Positions 45,303 to 54,310 of a DNA stretch of 64,000 nt are shown here, piece by piece (position 1 is the stretch's first letter; the number at the start of each line of letters is the position of its first letter). A program made the translations under genes and the position numbers. The notes under the pieces were generated by a model, which saw nothing but the letters and a program-made list of their open reading frames with translations, was not told where the DNA came from and made no database searches. Source of the stretch: an uncultured Acidimicrobiales bacterium (GTDB lineage: Bacteria; Actinomycetota; Acidimicrobiia; Acidimicrobiales; CAWCAL01); NCBI GenBank assembly GCA_963793475.1, contig CAWCAL010000003.1, positions 299,628 to 363,627 of the forward strand. Reading direction: 5' to 3'.

Positions 45303-46535
45303 ATGAGTGACGAAGTGACGCCCGCAGAATCCGATCTCCCCCTCATCATCTCGGTCGACGACCACGTGATGGAGCCGAAGGACCTCTGGCAGACCGAGTT
45401 GCCGGCCAGTCTCCGCGACCGTGGACCGCGCGTCGTGCAGGAGAAGGTCCGGCTCGTCTTCGAGGGCGGACACTATGGATTCGAGCGCAACGATCCGGAC
45501 GGGCAGCTCTGCGACCTCTGGCTCTACGACGACCTGGTGATGCCCACCGGGTTCCTGCACGGACCGGCCGGGGTGCCCCGCGAAGAGCAACGGAACGTGG
45601 CCGCCACCTACGAGGACATGCGTCCGGGTACCTACGACCAGCACGAGCGCCTGGCCGACATGACGCTCAACCACGTACAGGCCGGCATCAACTACCCCAA
45701 CATCTTCCCCCGCTTCTGCGGCCAGGGGTTCCTCGAGCGCGACGACAAGGACCTCGCCCTCCAGTGCCTGCGCATCTACAACGACTGGATGATCGACGAC
45801 TGGTGCGGCGGCGAGGGCAAGGGTCGCCTCATCCCGCTGACGGTCGTGCCGCTCTGGGACCCGAAGCTTGCGGCCGAAGAGGTCCAGCGCTGCGCCGACA
45901 AGGGCAGCTTCGCCATCAGCTTCTCCGAGAACCCGTCCAAGCTCGGCTGCCCCACCATGTACAGCGGCGACTGGGACGTGCTGTGGCAGGTCTGCCAGGA
46001 CACCGACACCACCGTGTCGATGCACATCGGGTCGTCGTCGTCCATGCCGTCCACGTCGCCGGATGCTCCGTTGGCCACGTCGATGTCGCTGTACGCACAG
46101 AACGCCGAAGGGTCGATGGTCGACTGGGTCTTCTCGGGAACCCTCGGTCGGTTCCCCGAGCTCAAGATCGCCTACGCCGAGAGCCAGGTCGGTTGGATGC
46201 CGTTCACCTTCGAGCGCATGGACTCGGTCTGGCGTGAGGGCCGCGGCGGCGTCGGCGGCGCCGGCACGCAGCTGCCCAGCGAGCAGGCCCGGGGCCGGGC
46301 CTACGGGTGTGTGTTCGACGATCTGTTCGGGCTCAAGAGCCGCCACGAGGTCGGAGTGGGCCAGATCCTCTTCGAGACCGACTACCCGCACTCCGACGGC
46401 ACCTTCCCCCACTCGCGCAAGGTGGCCCACGAGCTGTTTCTCGAGGCCGGTATGAACGCCGACGAGTGCTACCGGGTCATCCGCGGCAACGCCATCGAGG
46501 CCTACGGCCTGCAGCGCTTCGGCATCACCGAGTAA
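45303..46535 (+). CDS. Amidohydrolase-family (Amidohydro_2 / ACMSD-like) protein
   Basis: In-frame ATG 45303 within track ORF 44973..46535. Motifs: LPLIISVDDHVMEP, RIYNDWMIDDW and ILFETDYPHSDGTFP. Confidence 0.85.
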   Translation: MSDEVTPAESDLPLIISVDDHVMEPKDLWQTELPASLRDRGPRVVQEKVRLVFEGGHYGFERNDPDGQLCDLWLYDDLVMPTGFLHGPAGVPREEQRNVAATYEDMRPGTYDQHERLADMTLNHVQAGINYPNIFPRFCGQGFLERDDKDLALQCLRIYNDWMIDDWCGGEGKGRLIPLTVVPLWDPKLAAEEVQRCADKGSFAISFSENPSKLGCPTMYSGDWDVLWQVCQDTDTTVSMHIGSSSSMPSTSPDAPLATSMSLYAQNAEGSMVDWVFSGTLGRFPELKIAYAESQVGWMPFTFERMDSVWREGRGGVGGAGTQLPSEQARGRAYGCVFDDLFGLKSRHEVGVGQILFETDYPHSDGTFPHSRKVAHELFLEAGMNADECYRVIRGNAIEAYGLQRFGITE

Positions 46536-46574
46536 CGAGCAAGCACGGGGTCAGGCACCGGTCTTGCTCGCTAC
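46534..46574. terminator. Hairpin element (copy 2) at a convergent gene junction
   Basis: aacgagcaagcacggggtcaggcaccggtcttgctcgctac. The 8-bp stem is cgagcaag/cttgctcg. It is 31/41 identical, ungapped, to the element at 33440..33480, and it begins within the TAA stop of the amidohydrolase gene. Confidence 0.65.
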
Positions 46575-46582
46575 CGCAGGTC

Positions 46583-47851
46583 TCAGATGATGAGCGGGGG
46601 GCGTTCGTCGGCGACGATGGGCTCGAACTCCTGCTTGAACTCGTCCACCGACAGCCCTGCGATCTCGGCGAACGACGCCACCGTCTCGGGGTGCTCGAAA
46701 TCGTCCCGGCGGAGCCGGATCATGTACCGCCGCGCGATGGAGTACCGGGTCGAGTCCACGTCCACCACCCGAACCCTGGTCTTGCCGGTCTCGGGGTCGA
46801 GCATGGTGTCGAACGGCACCGGCACGAACTGTCCGGCCTGCATCGTGACCATGGCGCCGCTCCCGCCGGAGATGAGGTACTTGGCCGCGCAGTAGCCCAG
46901 GTCGCGGGTGTACTCCATGTCGAGGGGGATCGGATCGGCGCACCGCAGCTCGTACCCAACGTCCTTGGCCACGATGGTGGTCTTCAAGCCGAACTCGGCC
47001 AATCGCGCCCGCACCGCCTTCTTCAGGATGTCCCCGATGTCGATCTCGGCGATGCGGACGTGGCCGTGATCGTCCCGCTCCGCGTCGTCGAGCTCGGCCA
47101 GATCGCTCTCGTCGATGTTGAGCACCACGCCTTCGGCGATGACCGCCACGCCGTCGCGGCGCCCCTCGGCCCGGCGCTTGATGATCGCGCCGACCAGGGT
47201 GTCGACGATCTCCTTCAGCTTGATCGTCTCACCGAACTCCTCGGGGATCAGCGTCAGCGTGGCGCCCGCCGCCTTCCCCATCCCGAGGGCCAGATGGCCG
47301 GCCTTCCGCCCCATGGCGATGATGAAGTACCACCGGGAGGTGGTGTGCGCGTCGACCATGAGGTTCTCGACGATCTCGACGCCGACGTGTCGCGCCGTCT
47401 GGAACCCGAACGTGTTGACGTACGCGGGGAGGTCGAGGTCGTTGTCGATCGTCTTGGGCACGTGGACGACCTGCACCTTGCCGTGGGCGACCTCGGCCAG
47501 CCGGTTGGCCGAGTAGGCGGTGTCGTCACCGCCGATCGTGATGAGCTTGGTGATGCCGAGGCGCTCGAGCGATTCGACCGAGGTCGTGAGGTCCTTCGGG
47601 TCCTTGGTCGGGTTGGCCCGCGACGTGCCGATCAGCGAACCGCCCCGGAAGTGCATGCGACTGACGTCGTGGATCGTCAACGGCTTCGTGTGCTCGATGT
47701 CGCCCTGCATGATCCACTCGAACCCGTCGCGCAGACCGATCACCTCGACACCCTCGAGGTGGGCCCGGATGGAGGCGGCGCCGATGACGCTGTTGATGCC
47801 GGGGGCTGGCCCACCGCCGACGAGAATGCCGAGCTTGCCGTGCTGATTCAT
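46583..47851 (-). CDS. pfp: 6-phosphofructokinase, probably pyrophosphate-dependent (PPi-PFK)
   Basis: Intact 422-aa ORF. Motifs: GGGPAPGINSVI, IGGDDTAYSA, PKTIDNDL and MGRKAGHLAL. The Asp in GGDD and the Lys in PKTIDND replace the Gly residues of ATP-dependent PFKs. Confidence 0.88.
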   Translation of the reverse strand: MNQHGKLGILVGGGPAPGINSVIGAASIRAHLEGVEVIGLRDGFEWIMQGDIEHTKPLTIHDVSRMHFRGGSLIGTSRANPTKDPKDLTTSVESLERLGITKLITIGGDDTAYSANRLAEVAHGKVQVVHVPKTIDNDLDLPAYVNTFGFQTARHVGVEIVENLMVDAHTTSRWYFIIAMGRKAGHLALGMGKAAGATLTLIPEEFGETIKLKEIVDTLVGAIIKRRAEGRRDGVAVIAEGVVLNIDESDLAELDDAERDDHGHVRIAEIDIGDILKKAVRARLAEFGLKTTIVAKDVGYELRCADPIPLDMEYTRDLGYCAAKYLISGGSGAMVTMQAGQFVPVPFDTMLDPETGKTRVRVVDVDSTRYSIARRYMIRLRRDDFEHPETVASFAEIAGLSVDEFKQEFEPIVADERPPLII

Positions 47852-47903
47852 CGCGAGGTCCTGAGGGATCGAGAGCAGGTGCCCCGTTTCTACCAGCCGT
47901 CGC

Positions 47904-49442
47904 TCAGGATGTGACCACGTCCGCGTAGGCGGTCGAGTGCGTGATCATCTCGTCGAGATCCACCGGAGGTCGAAGCGACAGGAACAGCTGGTAGCTGAAC
48001 GCTCGCGTCGAGCACTTGATGGCCAGCCGGTTGGCGGCCAGCGCTGCCGAGGCCAGCGGTCCCGGCCCGAAGGCCAGCGGGAACGGCACGGGCAGACCGA
48101 AGCTCTCGTCCACCTGGAATCCCGCCTGGCGGAACAGGCGCTCGATCGTCCGCTTCGTGAACAGCCTCGTGTGGGTCATGTCGAGAATGCCGCGGGGCCC
48201 GTAGTTGAACTGGCCCAGCGCCAGCATGACCCGCTGGACGGCGAACGCGACGTTGCCGGTGGACGCCAGAACCTGGCGGACCCCGTGGTCACGACAGAAC
48301 CGGGCCAGCTCGGTACAGAAGTCCTCAGGTGATCGGAGGTGCTCGACGATGTCCATCAGCAGCACGACGTCGACGTCGTCCTCGATCGGCGGGAGGCCGT
48401 CGTCGAGGTTCCACTGGATGAACTTGTCCAGGTGCGCGATGTCGAGAGGCTCCTCGAGATCGACGCCGATCACGCGACAGCCCCGGCTGCGGAGGATCTC
48501 GGCCAGGTGCCCGTCCGAGCACCCCAGGTCCAGCACGGTCGAATGGGGCACGACCCGGGCCAGCGCCGCGGTGGTGGGGCTCAGGAAGTCGGCCTTCGAT
48601 TCGTAGAGCCCGACCCGGCTGACGACGTCGAACTTGCGCTCGTAGAAGAGCCCCTTGTCGTGGAGCTTGGACCGGAAGGTCTGCGAGACCACGTGCCGGG
48701 CGTAGGACAGACCGTTCACCCGGCACTGTTCGTCGCCGTAGTGCGTCGGGATGGCGATCTCGCCGATGGCGATCCCGGCCCGGGTGCACTGGATGAAGAT
48801 CTCGGTGTCGAAGTGGAAGCCGTTCGAGTTGAGGTCGAACGGGATCCGCCGGAGCGTGTCGACCCGATAGGCACGAAAGCCCGAGTGGAACTCGGTCAGC
48901 TCGGTCTCGAGCAACCGGTTCTGCAAGCGGGTGAGGATCCGGTTGCCGACGTACTTGTAGCGGGGCATCCCACCCTTGATCGCCGCCTTGCGGGTGGCGA
49001 ACCGGCTGCCGAAGGCGGCGCCGTTCTCCAACGCGGTCCGAGCGAGGTCGGCGACGGACTCGGGCGGGTACTGGCCGTCGCCGTGGACCATGACGACCAC
49101 GTCGAACCGCTCGGCGATCGCGTACTGATACCCCATCTTCTGGTTCCCGCCGTAGCCCTGGTTGCGCGGGTTGGCCAGGACCGACCAGCGATACGGCAGG
49201 TCAGAACGGTCGAGCGCCCGCTGGGCGTAGGCGGCGGTGCCGTCCGAGGAGGCATCGTCGACGATCAGCAGCTCGACCTCGAAGTCCTCGTCGAGATCCC
49301 TCGGGATCCGGTCCACCACCCACTCGATGTGCCGGGCCGCTTCGAAGGCCGGGACGAAGACGAGCAGGCGCGGCCGACCGTCGGGTCCGACGTCGCGCAG
49401 GGCGGGCTTCGCCGGCGGTGGGGTCTCGTCGCAGTTCAGCAC
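47904..49442 (-). CDS. Fusion protein: family-2 glycosyltransferase (N-terminal) and class I SAM-dependent methyltransferase (C-terminal)
   Basis: Intact 512-aa ORF. GT2 part: LLIVDDASSDGT and VVMVHGDGQY. Methyltransferase part: VLDLGCSDGHLA and VVLLMDIVEHL. Confidence 0.85.
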   Translation of the reverse strand: MLNCDETPPPAKPALRDVGPDGRPRLLVFVPAFEAARHIEWVVDRIPRDLDEDFEVELLIVDDASSDGTAAYAQRALDRSDLPYRWSVLANPRNQGYGGNQKMGYQYAIAERFDVVVMVHGDGQYPPESVADLARTALENGAAFGSRFATRKAAIKGGMPRYKYVGNRILTRLQNRLLETELTEFHSGFRAYRVDTLRRIPFDLNSNGFHFDTEIFIQCTRAGIAIGEIAIPTHYGDEQCRVNGLSYARHVVSQTFRSKLHDKGLFYERKFDVVSRVGLYESKADFLSPTTAALARVVPHSTVLDLGCSDGHLAEILRSRGCRVIGVDLEEPLDIAHLDKFIQWNLDDGLPPIEDDVDVVLLMDIVEHLRSPEDFCTELARFCRDHGVRQVLASTGNVAFAVQRVMLALGQFNYGPRGILDMTHTRLFTKRTIERLFRQAGFQVDESFGLPVPFPLAFGPGPLASAALAANRLAIKCSTRAFSYQLFLSLRPPVDLDEMITHSTAYADVVTS

Positions 49443-49532
49443 TGCGTCTCCATCGGCGAGCGGGGTGGCGCTCTTGAGCGGTCGGCAGATGCCGACTCGC
49501 CTCTTCCGCCGCAGCGATCGCGGCGATCGGAG

Positions 49533-50561
49533 TCAGTCCTGAGGGTGGATCACGATCCGGGTGTGGCGCTCGGTCTCGGTCGAATCGGTGAAGGCCTCGA
49601 CCGCTTCTCCAAGCGGAGCGGAGCCTGTGAGCCATGGCTCGACCAGGATCTCGCCCGAGGTGATCGCCCCCAGGGCGTCGCTGTAGTCCCGCGGGTCCGG
49701 CATGCCGCCGAATTGCACGTTCAGACCCTTGGTGTGGGCCGACGCGGTGAAGAGGGTGTCGTCGTCCAGGTTCTGACCCGCCACGATCACCCGGGACATC
49801 CAGGGTGCGTCGTCGAAGATCCCGTTGAGGATGCCGGGGGCGCCCACACACTCGAAGACGACACAGCGGCCGCCTCCGGCTGCTCGCTGCCACGCCGCGA
49901 ATGGTGGTTCCTCGGCCGGGTCGACGACGACGTCGGCGCCGGCCGCTTCGGCCGCCTGGCGGCGCATGGGCGAGAGGTCGCTGGCGACGATCGGCCCGAT
50001 GCCGCGCCAGCGCAACGCCGACACCACGGCCAGGCCGATGGCGCCGCACCCGATGACCAGAGGAATCTCGCCGGGTTCGAGTGCCGCCACCCGGGTGTAG
50101 AGCATCCCCACCGAGAGCGGCTCCATCAGGGCGGCCTGATCGGTCGGTGTGGCGTCCGGGACGGCCAGGACCGACGACTCGCTGAGCACGAGCAACTCCC
50201 CGAATCCGCCGGGGTAGTCGTTGCTGTAGCCGACGATGGCCATGCCGTGATCGTGCAGGATCATCGGACCGCTCACGACCCGCTCGCCGATCGGGATCGT
50301 GCCCTGGGTGTCCGGGCCGTACTCGACCACCTCGGCACAGAGCTCGTGGCCCAGCACCAGATCCTCGTCGGCGTCGAAGTCGAACGGACCTCCGGCGGCC
50401 CTGGACCACTCGGAGAGGCGGTGTCCGTGCCGGACCATGTGCAGGTCGCTGGCGCAGATGGTGCACGCCAGTGACCGGGCCAGAAGCTGACCCGAACCCG
50501 GCTCGGGATCGGGAACGTCGTCGACCCGGAGGTCTCCGGACTTCAACACCAGTGCTCGCAT
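49533..50561 (-). CDS. Zinc-dependent medium-chain alcohol/polyol dehydrogenase
   Basis: ATG 50561 (MRALVLKSGDLRV), 342 aa. Motifs: CTICASDLH, LGHELCAEV and LVIGCGAIGLAVV (Rossmann fold). Confidence 0.85.
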   Translation of the reverse strand: MRALVLKSGDLRVDDVPDPEPGSGQLLARSLACTICASDLHMVRHGHRLSEWSRAAGGPFDFDADEDLVLGHELCAEVVEYGPDTQGTIPIGERVVSGPMILHDHGMAIVGYSNDYPGGFGELLVLSESSVLAVPDATPTDQAALMEPLSVGMLYTRVAALEPGEIPLVIGCGAIGLAVVSALRWRGIGPIVASDLSPMRRQAAEAAGADVVVDPAEEPPFAAWQRAAGGGRCVVFECVGAPGILNGIFDDAPWMSRVIVAGQNLDDDTLFTASAHTKGLNVQFGGMPDPRDYSDALGAITSGEILVEPWLTGSAPLGEAVEAFTDSTETERHTRIVIHPQD

Positions 50562-50698
50562 CGGTGGCCTCTCGCACGATCGGACCGGGACGGACCTGCA
50601 GTCTGACCCGCCCACCGCACCGGCATCCAGACGGCGTCGCGTGGGCCGGGAATTCCTCGGCGGGGCCGCCGATGTTCCGTCGACCCTGCGGAGCGGGC

Positions 50699-51073
50699 AT
50701 GCTTGGGGGCGTGAATCCCAATGAGACACTTCTCGAAGGAGCGCCGGAGGAGACGGCCGCACCCGGCGACGCTGCGCCGCAGGGCGACCCGGCCACCAAG
50801 GCCTTCAGCGTCTCCATCCTGATCTCCGGTATCCGCTGCGTGCTGACCTACGTGATCTTCCCGTGGGTGCTGCCCCTGCTGGGGTTTGCCGGCGGGGTCG
50901 GCCCCGCGGTCGGGCTCGTGGTCGGAACGATCGCCATCGGCTTCAACTTGGCCAGCATTCGTCGCTTCTGGGTCGCCGATCACCGTTGGAAGTGGCCGAT
51001 CACCGTGCTCAACAGCTCGGTCATCGTGTTGCTCCTCATCCTGTTGGGTCTCGACCTCGCCGAGCTGGTCTGA
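50699..51073 (+). CDS. Small hypothetical membrane protein
   Basis: In-frame ATG 50699 within track ORF 50471..51073. It has about 3 TM segments (FSVSILISGIRCVLTYVIFPWVLPLLGF..., VGLVVGTIAIGFNL, VLNSSVIVLLLILLGL). Confidence 0.5.
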   Translation: MLGGVNPNETLLEGAPEETAAPGDAAPQGDPATKAFSVSILISGIRCVLTYVIFPWVLPLLGFAGGVGPAVGLVVGTIAIGFNLASIRRFWVADHRWKWPITVLNSSVIVLLLILLGLDLAELV

Positions 51074-51098
51074 TCGGTCCGGGACCGGCCTCCACTCC

Positions 51099-53190
51099 TC
51101 ACAAGAGCGCAGCGTCCACGATCTGGTCCTCTGACAACAACACGTGCGCTGCGGCCGCGCCGAGGGGGATCGGCGAGTCGAGGCCGCAGACCCGACGGAT
51201 CTCGCCGGAGAAACCCTCGGTGACCAGTGCGGTGATGATCGCCTCACCCACTCCCCCGGTGGGACGGGTCTCGTCGGCCACCAGGACCCGGCCGGTGGCC
51301 GCAGCGTCGCGGAGGAGATCCTCGACGGGAAGTGGTGCCAGCCAGCGCAGGTCGACGACCCGGGCGTCGACCCCGGCCTCGGCCAACCGGCGCTGCGCGC
51401 GCAACGAGAGGAAGAGCCCGTTCGCCCAGGTGACGATCGTCAGATCCCGGCCGACACCGTGCGTGCGGGCGCGCCCGAGCGGCACGTGGCCGTCATGGGG
51501 TGCCGCCGTCCACAGCCCGTCGCCCTCCTCGTGCAGATCGACGGTGTGGTAGCGAGCGATCGGTTCGAGGAAGGCGCAGACCGCTCCGTCGACACCGGCC
51601 GCTGCGAGGCAGGTGCGCAACATCGGCCCCGCGTCGTCGGGGTGGCCCGGCGACGCGATCACCAGTCCGGGGATGTCCCGCAGGACCGCGACCGAGTTGT
51701 CGTTGTGAAAATGGCCGCCGAATCCCCTCTGGTGGGCGTAGGCAGCGATGCGCACCACCATCGGGTTGCGGTACTGCCCCTGCGAGAAGAACGACAGGGT
51801 GGCCGCCTCGCCCCGCAGCTGGTCCTCGGCGTTGTGCAGGTACGCCAGATACTGGATCTCGGGAACCGGAAGGAACCCGTTGACCGCGCTTCCCAGCGCA
51901 AGGCCCAGGATCGACTGCTCGTCCAGTTCGGTGTCGAAGACCTGCTGCGATCCGTGGCGTCGCTGGAGGCCGCGCGTCACGCCGTAGACGCCGCCCTTGC
52001 CCCCGACGTCCTCACCGAAGACCAGCACGCCCGGATCGGCGGCGAGGGCCGCGTCCAATGTGTGGTTGATCGTCTGCGCCAACGTCCGGGGCGTGTTGTC
52101 GTCGGACGCGTGACCCGCCAGCTCCCGAGCCGCATCCGCGACCCTCTCGGGGTGGCGCACGGCGAGCGGGCCGATGATCGTCTGCGCCGAGGTGAGCTCG
52201 GGCTCGGCGAGCAGCGAGCTTGCCCGTGAACGGATCTCGGTTCGCAGGTCGAGATACCAGCTGACCAGATCGTCGGGCCGAGCCTCGCCGCACCCGACGA
52301 GCAGCCGCGCCGTGGCCAGGATGGGGTCGCGAGCGCGGTCAGCTCGCACCGCAGCCGGATCCCGGTACGCCGATTCGGCGTCGCTCCCGGCGTGCCCGAG
52401 GAACCGAACCGTCCGGAGGTGCAGGAACGCAGGAGTGCCGTCGCGCCGCGCCGCACCGACTAGCTCGGCGGTGGTCTCGAGCACACCGGTGGGATCGGTG
52501 CCGTCGGCCGCGGCCCAGCGCAGCCCGGGGCGAGCCGAGGTGGAGCGCTCGACCCACTCGGGTGGGGTGGGCACGCTGATGCCGAGACCGTTGTCCTCGC
52601 ACACGAACAGGATCGGGCATCGTTCGCCGACGTGGGCGGCGAGTGCAGCCCGATTGAGGGCCCCCTGGGCGGTCGAGTGGTTCAGCGAGGCGTCGCCGAA
52701 ACTGCAGGTCACGACCGAGTCGGCCGGCCAGGTCGTCCCGGCTTCCGGAGCGGCGCGCTCGAGGCTGAGGGCGAGGCCGACCGCACGAGGGAGGTGGGAC
52801 GCAATGGTCGAGGTCTGCGGGATGACGGACAGCTCACGCCGACCGAACACCTTGTGACGTCCGCCGGCCATGGGCTCGGTGGAGCGGGCCAGCAGACCGC
52901 GCAGGACGTCGTCGACCGGGTCCACGCCCGGGACCGTTCCGGCGCGCGGCGACGTAGAACCCGCCCGACCGGTAGTGGAGCAATGCGGGGTCGGACGGCC
53001 CCAGCACCATGGCGACTGCCGCATTGGCCTCATGACCGGCCGACGCGATCGTGTAGTAGCCGTGGCCCCCCGCTCGGAGCCATCGGGCCGTGTGGTCGAG
53101 CAGGCGGCTGGTGACCTGCGCCTCGAGGAGCAGGTCGAGCGCCAGCGGATCGAAGGTCGCACTCGGCCAGGCCGTTCCATCCGGCACCAA
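51099..53190 (-). CDS. Fused alpha/beta TPP-dependent 2-oxoacid dehydrogenase E1 component (one frameshift as assembled)
   Basis: Track ORFs 52834..53190 and 51099..53279 join as ...ASAGHEANAAVAMVLGPSDPALLHYRSGGFYVA | ...GTVPGVDPVDDVLRGLLARSTEPMAGGRHKVFG..., with the frame change near 52940..52950. The alpha part carries GDASLNHSTAQGALN. The beta part carries VFGEDVGGKGGVYGVT and DTELDEQSILGLALG. The start is uncertain (GTG 53190 or TTG 53193; the in-frame stop is at about 53245). Confidence 0.85.
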
Positions 53191-53248
53191 CGAGACGACG
53201 CCGTCGAGCAGCGCGGCTTCGAGCGGGTCGAGGTCGTCGGGCAGATCG

Positions 53249-54310
53249 ATGCGTCACTCTTGCGCCGTCCTTCCGGCACCGCAACAGTGGGTCATCGCCC
53301 ATTCCGAATCCTCCGACCCGGTCGAGCCCACGCGTGCGATCGACCCTCGGGAACCCGTCGACCCGGAACCGCGACCGGTCCTGGTCATCCACGGTGTCGC
53401 TCATCGCGACCGTGCCGCGTTCGAGAAGGAAGTCGCCACCCTCGGTGCCGCGCTCGGGCCCGGGTGTCGACTGGTGCCCGTCTACTGGGGAGACTTCGCC
53501 CGCCGGGCCGACTCGGTGGATCAGGTCCTGCCCTACCTGGATTGGGCGTCCTCCGCCGGCGACGACGTCCTGGGCGAGGTCGAATCGTCCTCCCTTCGCG
53601 GTGCGCTGGCCGACCGCGACATGGCCCAGGCCTTCGGCTCACTGACCAGCGGATGGAAACGTCGCAGCGCTTCCTCGCGCCGCAAGGTGATCGGCGTCTT
53701 CTACGCAATCATCCGGCGCCAGTACCTGCGGGCGTCGGCGCAGTTCACGGGCGACCTCATCCTGTACCAGCGGCGAAAGGTCGAGCTCCACGCGGTGATC
53801 TGGGAGACGGTCATGCGCCACGCACCCGGGTACGGGATCCGGGAACGGCCGATCGATGTCATCGCCCACTCGTTGGGCGCCACGATGATGTTCGATCTCG
53901 CCGTTGAAGGGCACCCCGCGCTCCACATCGACCACCTCATCACCTGCGCCAGCCAGACCGGGTTCTTCCACGCGATCGGTGCCTCGCCGTCGCCGCTCGA
54001 CCGCGTCGACCCCGACGACCTGGTCGACCTCCCACCCACGATCCGATCGTGGGCCAATCTCTACGTGCCGCTGGATCCGTGGGCCTTCCTCACGGCTCCG
54101 GTGTTCCGGTTGCACGACGCCAGCGAGCCCGATGACATCGAGGTGTACGCGGGCGAGCGGGGCGACCGCATCCTGACCCACGCCGCCAGCCACTATTGGA
54201 CCCACCCGGTCGTGCTCGAAACCATCCGACGCGAGCTCGGGCTCCCACCTCCGGATCCGGCTGTCGATAGCCTGCAGCCGGCCCCGACGACCGACGAGGA
54301 GGTGACATGA
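53249..54310 (+). CDS. Alpha/beta-hydrolase-like protein of unknown family, translationally coupled to selD
   Basis: In-frame ATG 53249 within track ORF 53090..54310. Sequence PVLVIHGVAHRD, the nucleophile-elbow-like DVIAHSLGATMMFDL (xHSxG), then later NLYVPLDPWAF and THAASHYWTHP. Its stop at 54308..54310 overlaps the selD ATG at 54307 (ATGA). Confidence 0.6.
   Translation: MRHSCAVLPAPQQWVIAHSESSDPVEPTRAIDPREPVDPEPRPVLVIHGVAHRDRAAFEKEVATLGAALGPGCRLVPVYWGDFARRADSVDQVLPYLDWASSAGDDVLGEVESSSLRGALADRDMAQAFGSLTSGWKRRSASSRRKVIGVFYAIIRRQYLRASAQFTGDLILYQRRKVELHAVIWETVMRHAPGYGIRERPIDVIAHSLGATMMFDLAVEGHPALHIDHLITCASQTGFFHAIGASPSPLDRVDPDDLVDLPPTIRSWANLYVPLDPWAFLTAPVFRLHDASEPDDIEVYAGERGDRILTHAASHYWTHPVVLETIRRELGLPPPDPAVDSLQPAPTTDEEVT

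Noticed and set aside
48339-50474. 711-aa plus-strand ORF
   Set aside because: Antisense shadow of the GT2-methyltransferase and alcohol dehydrogenase genes.
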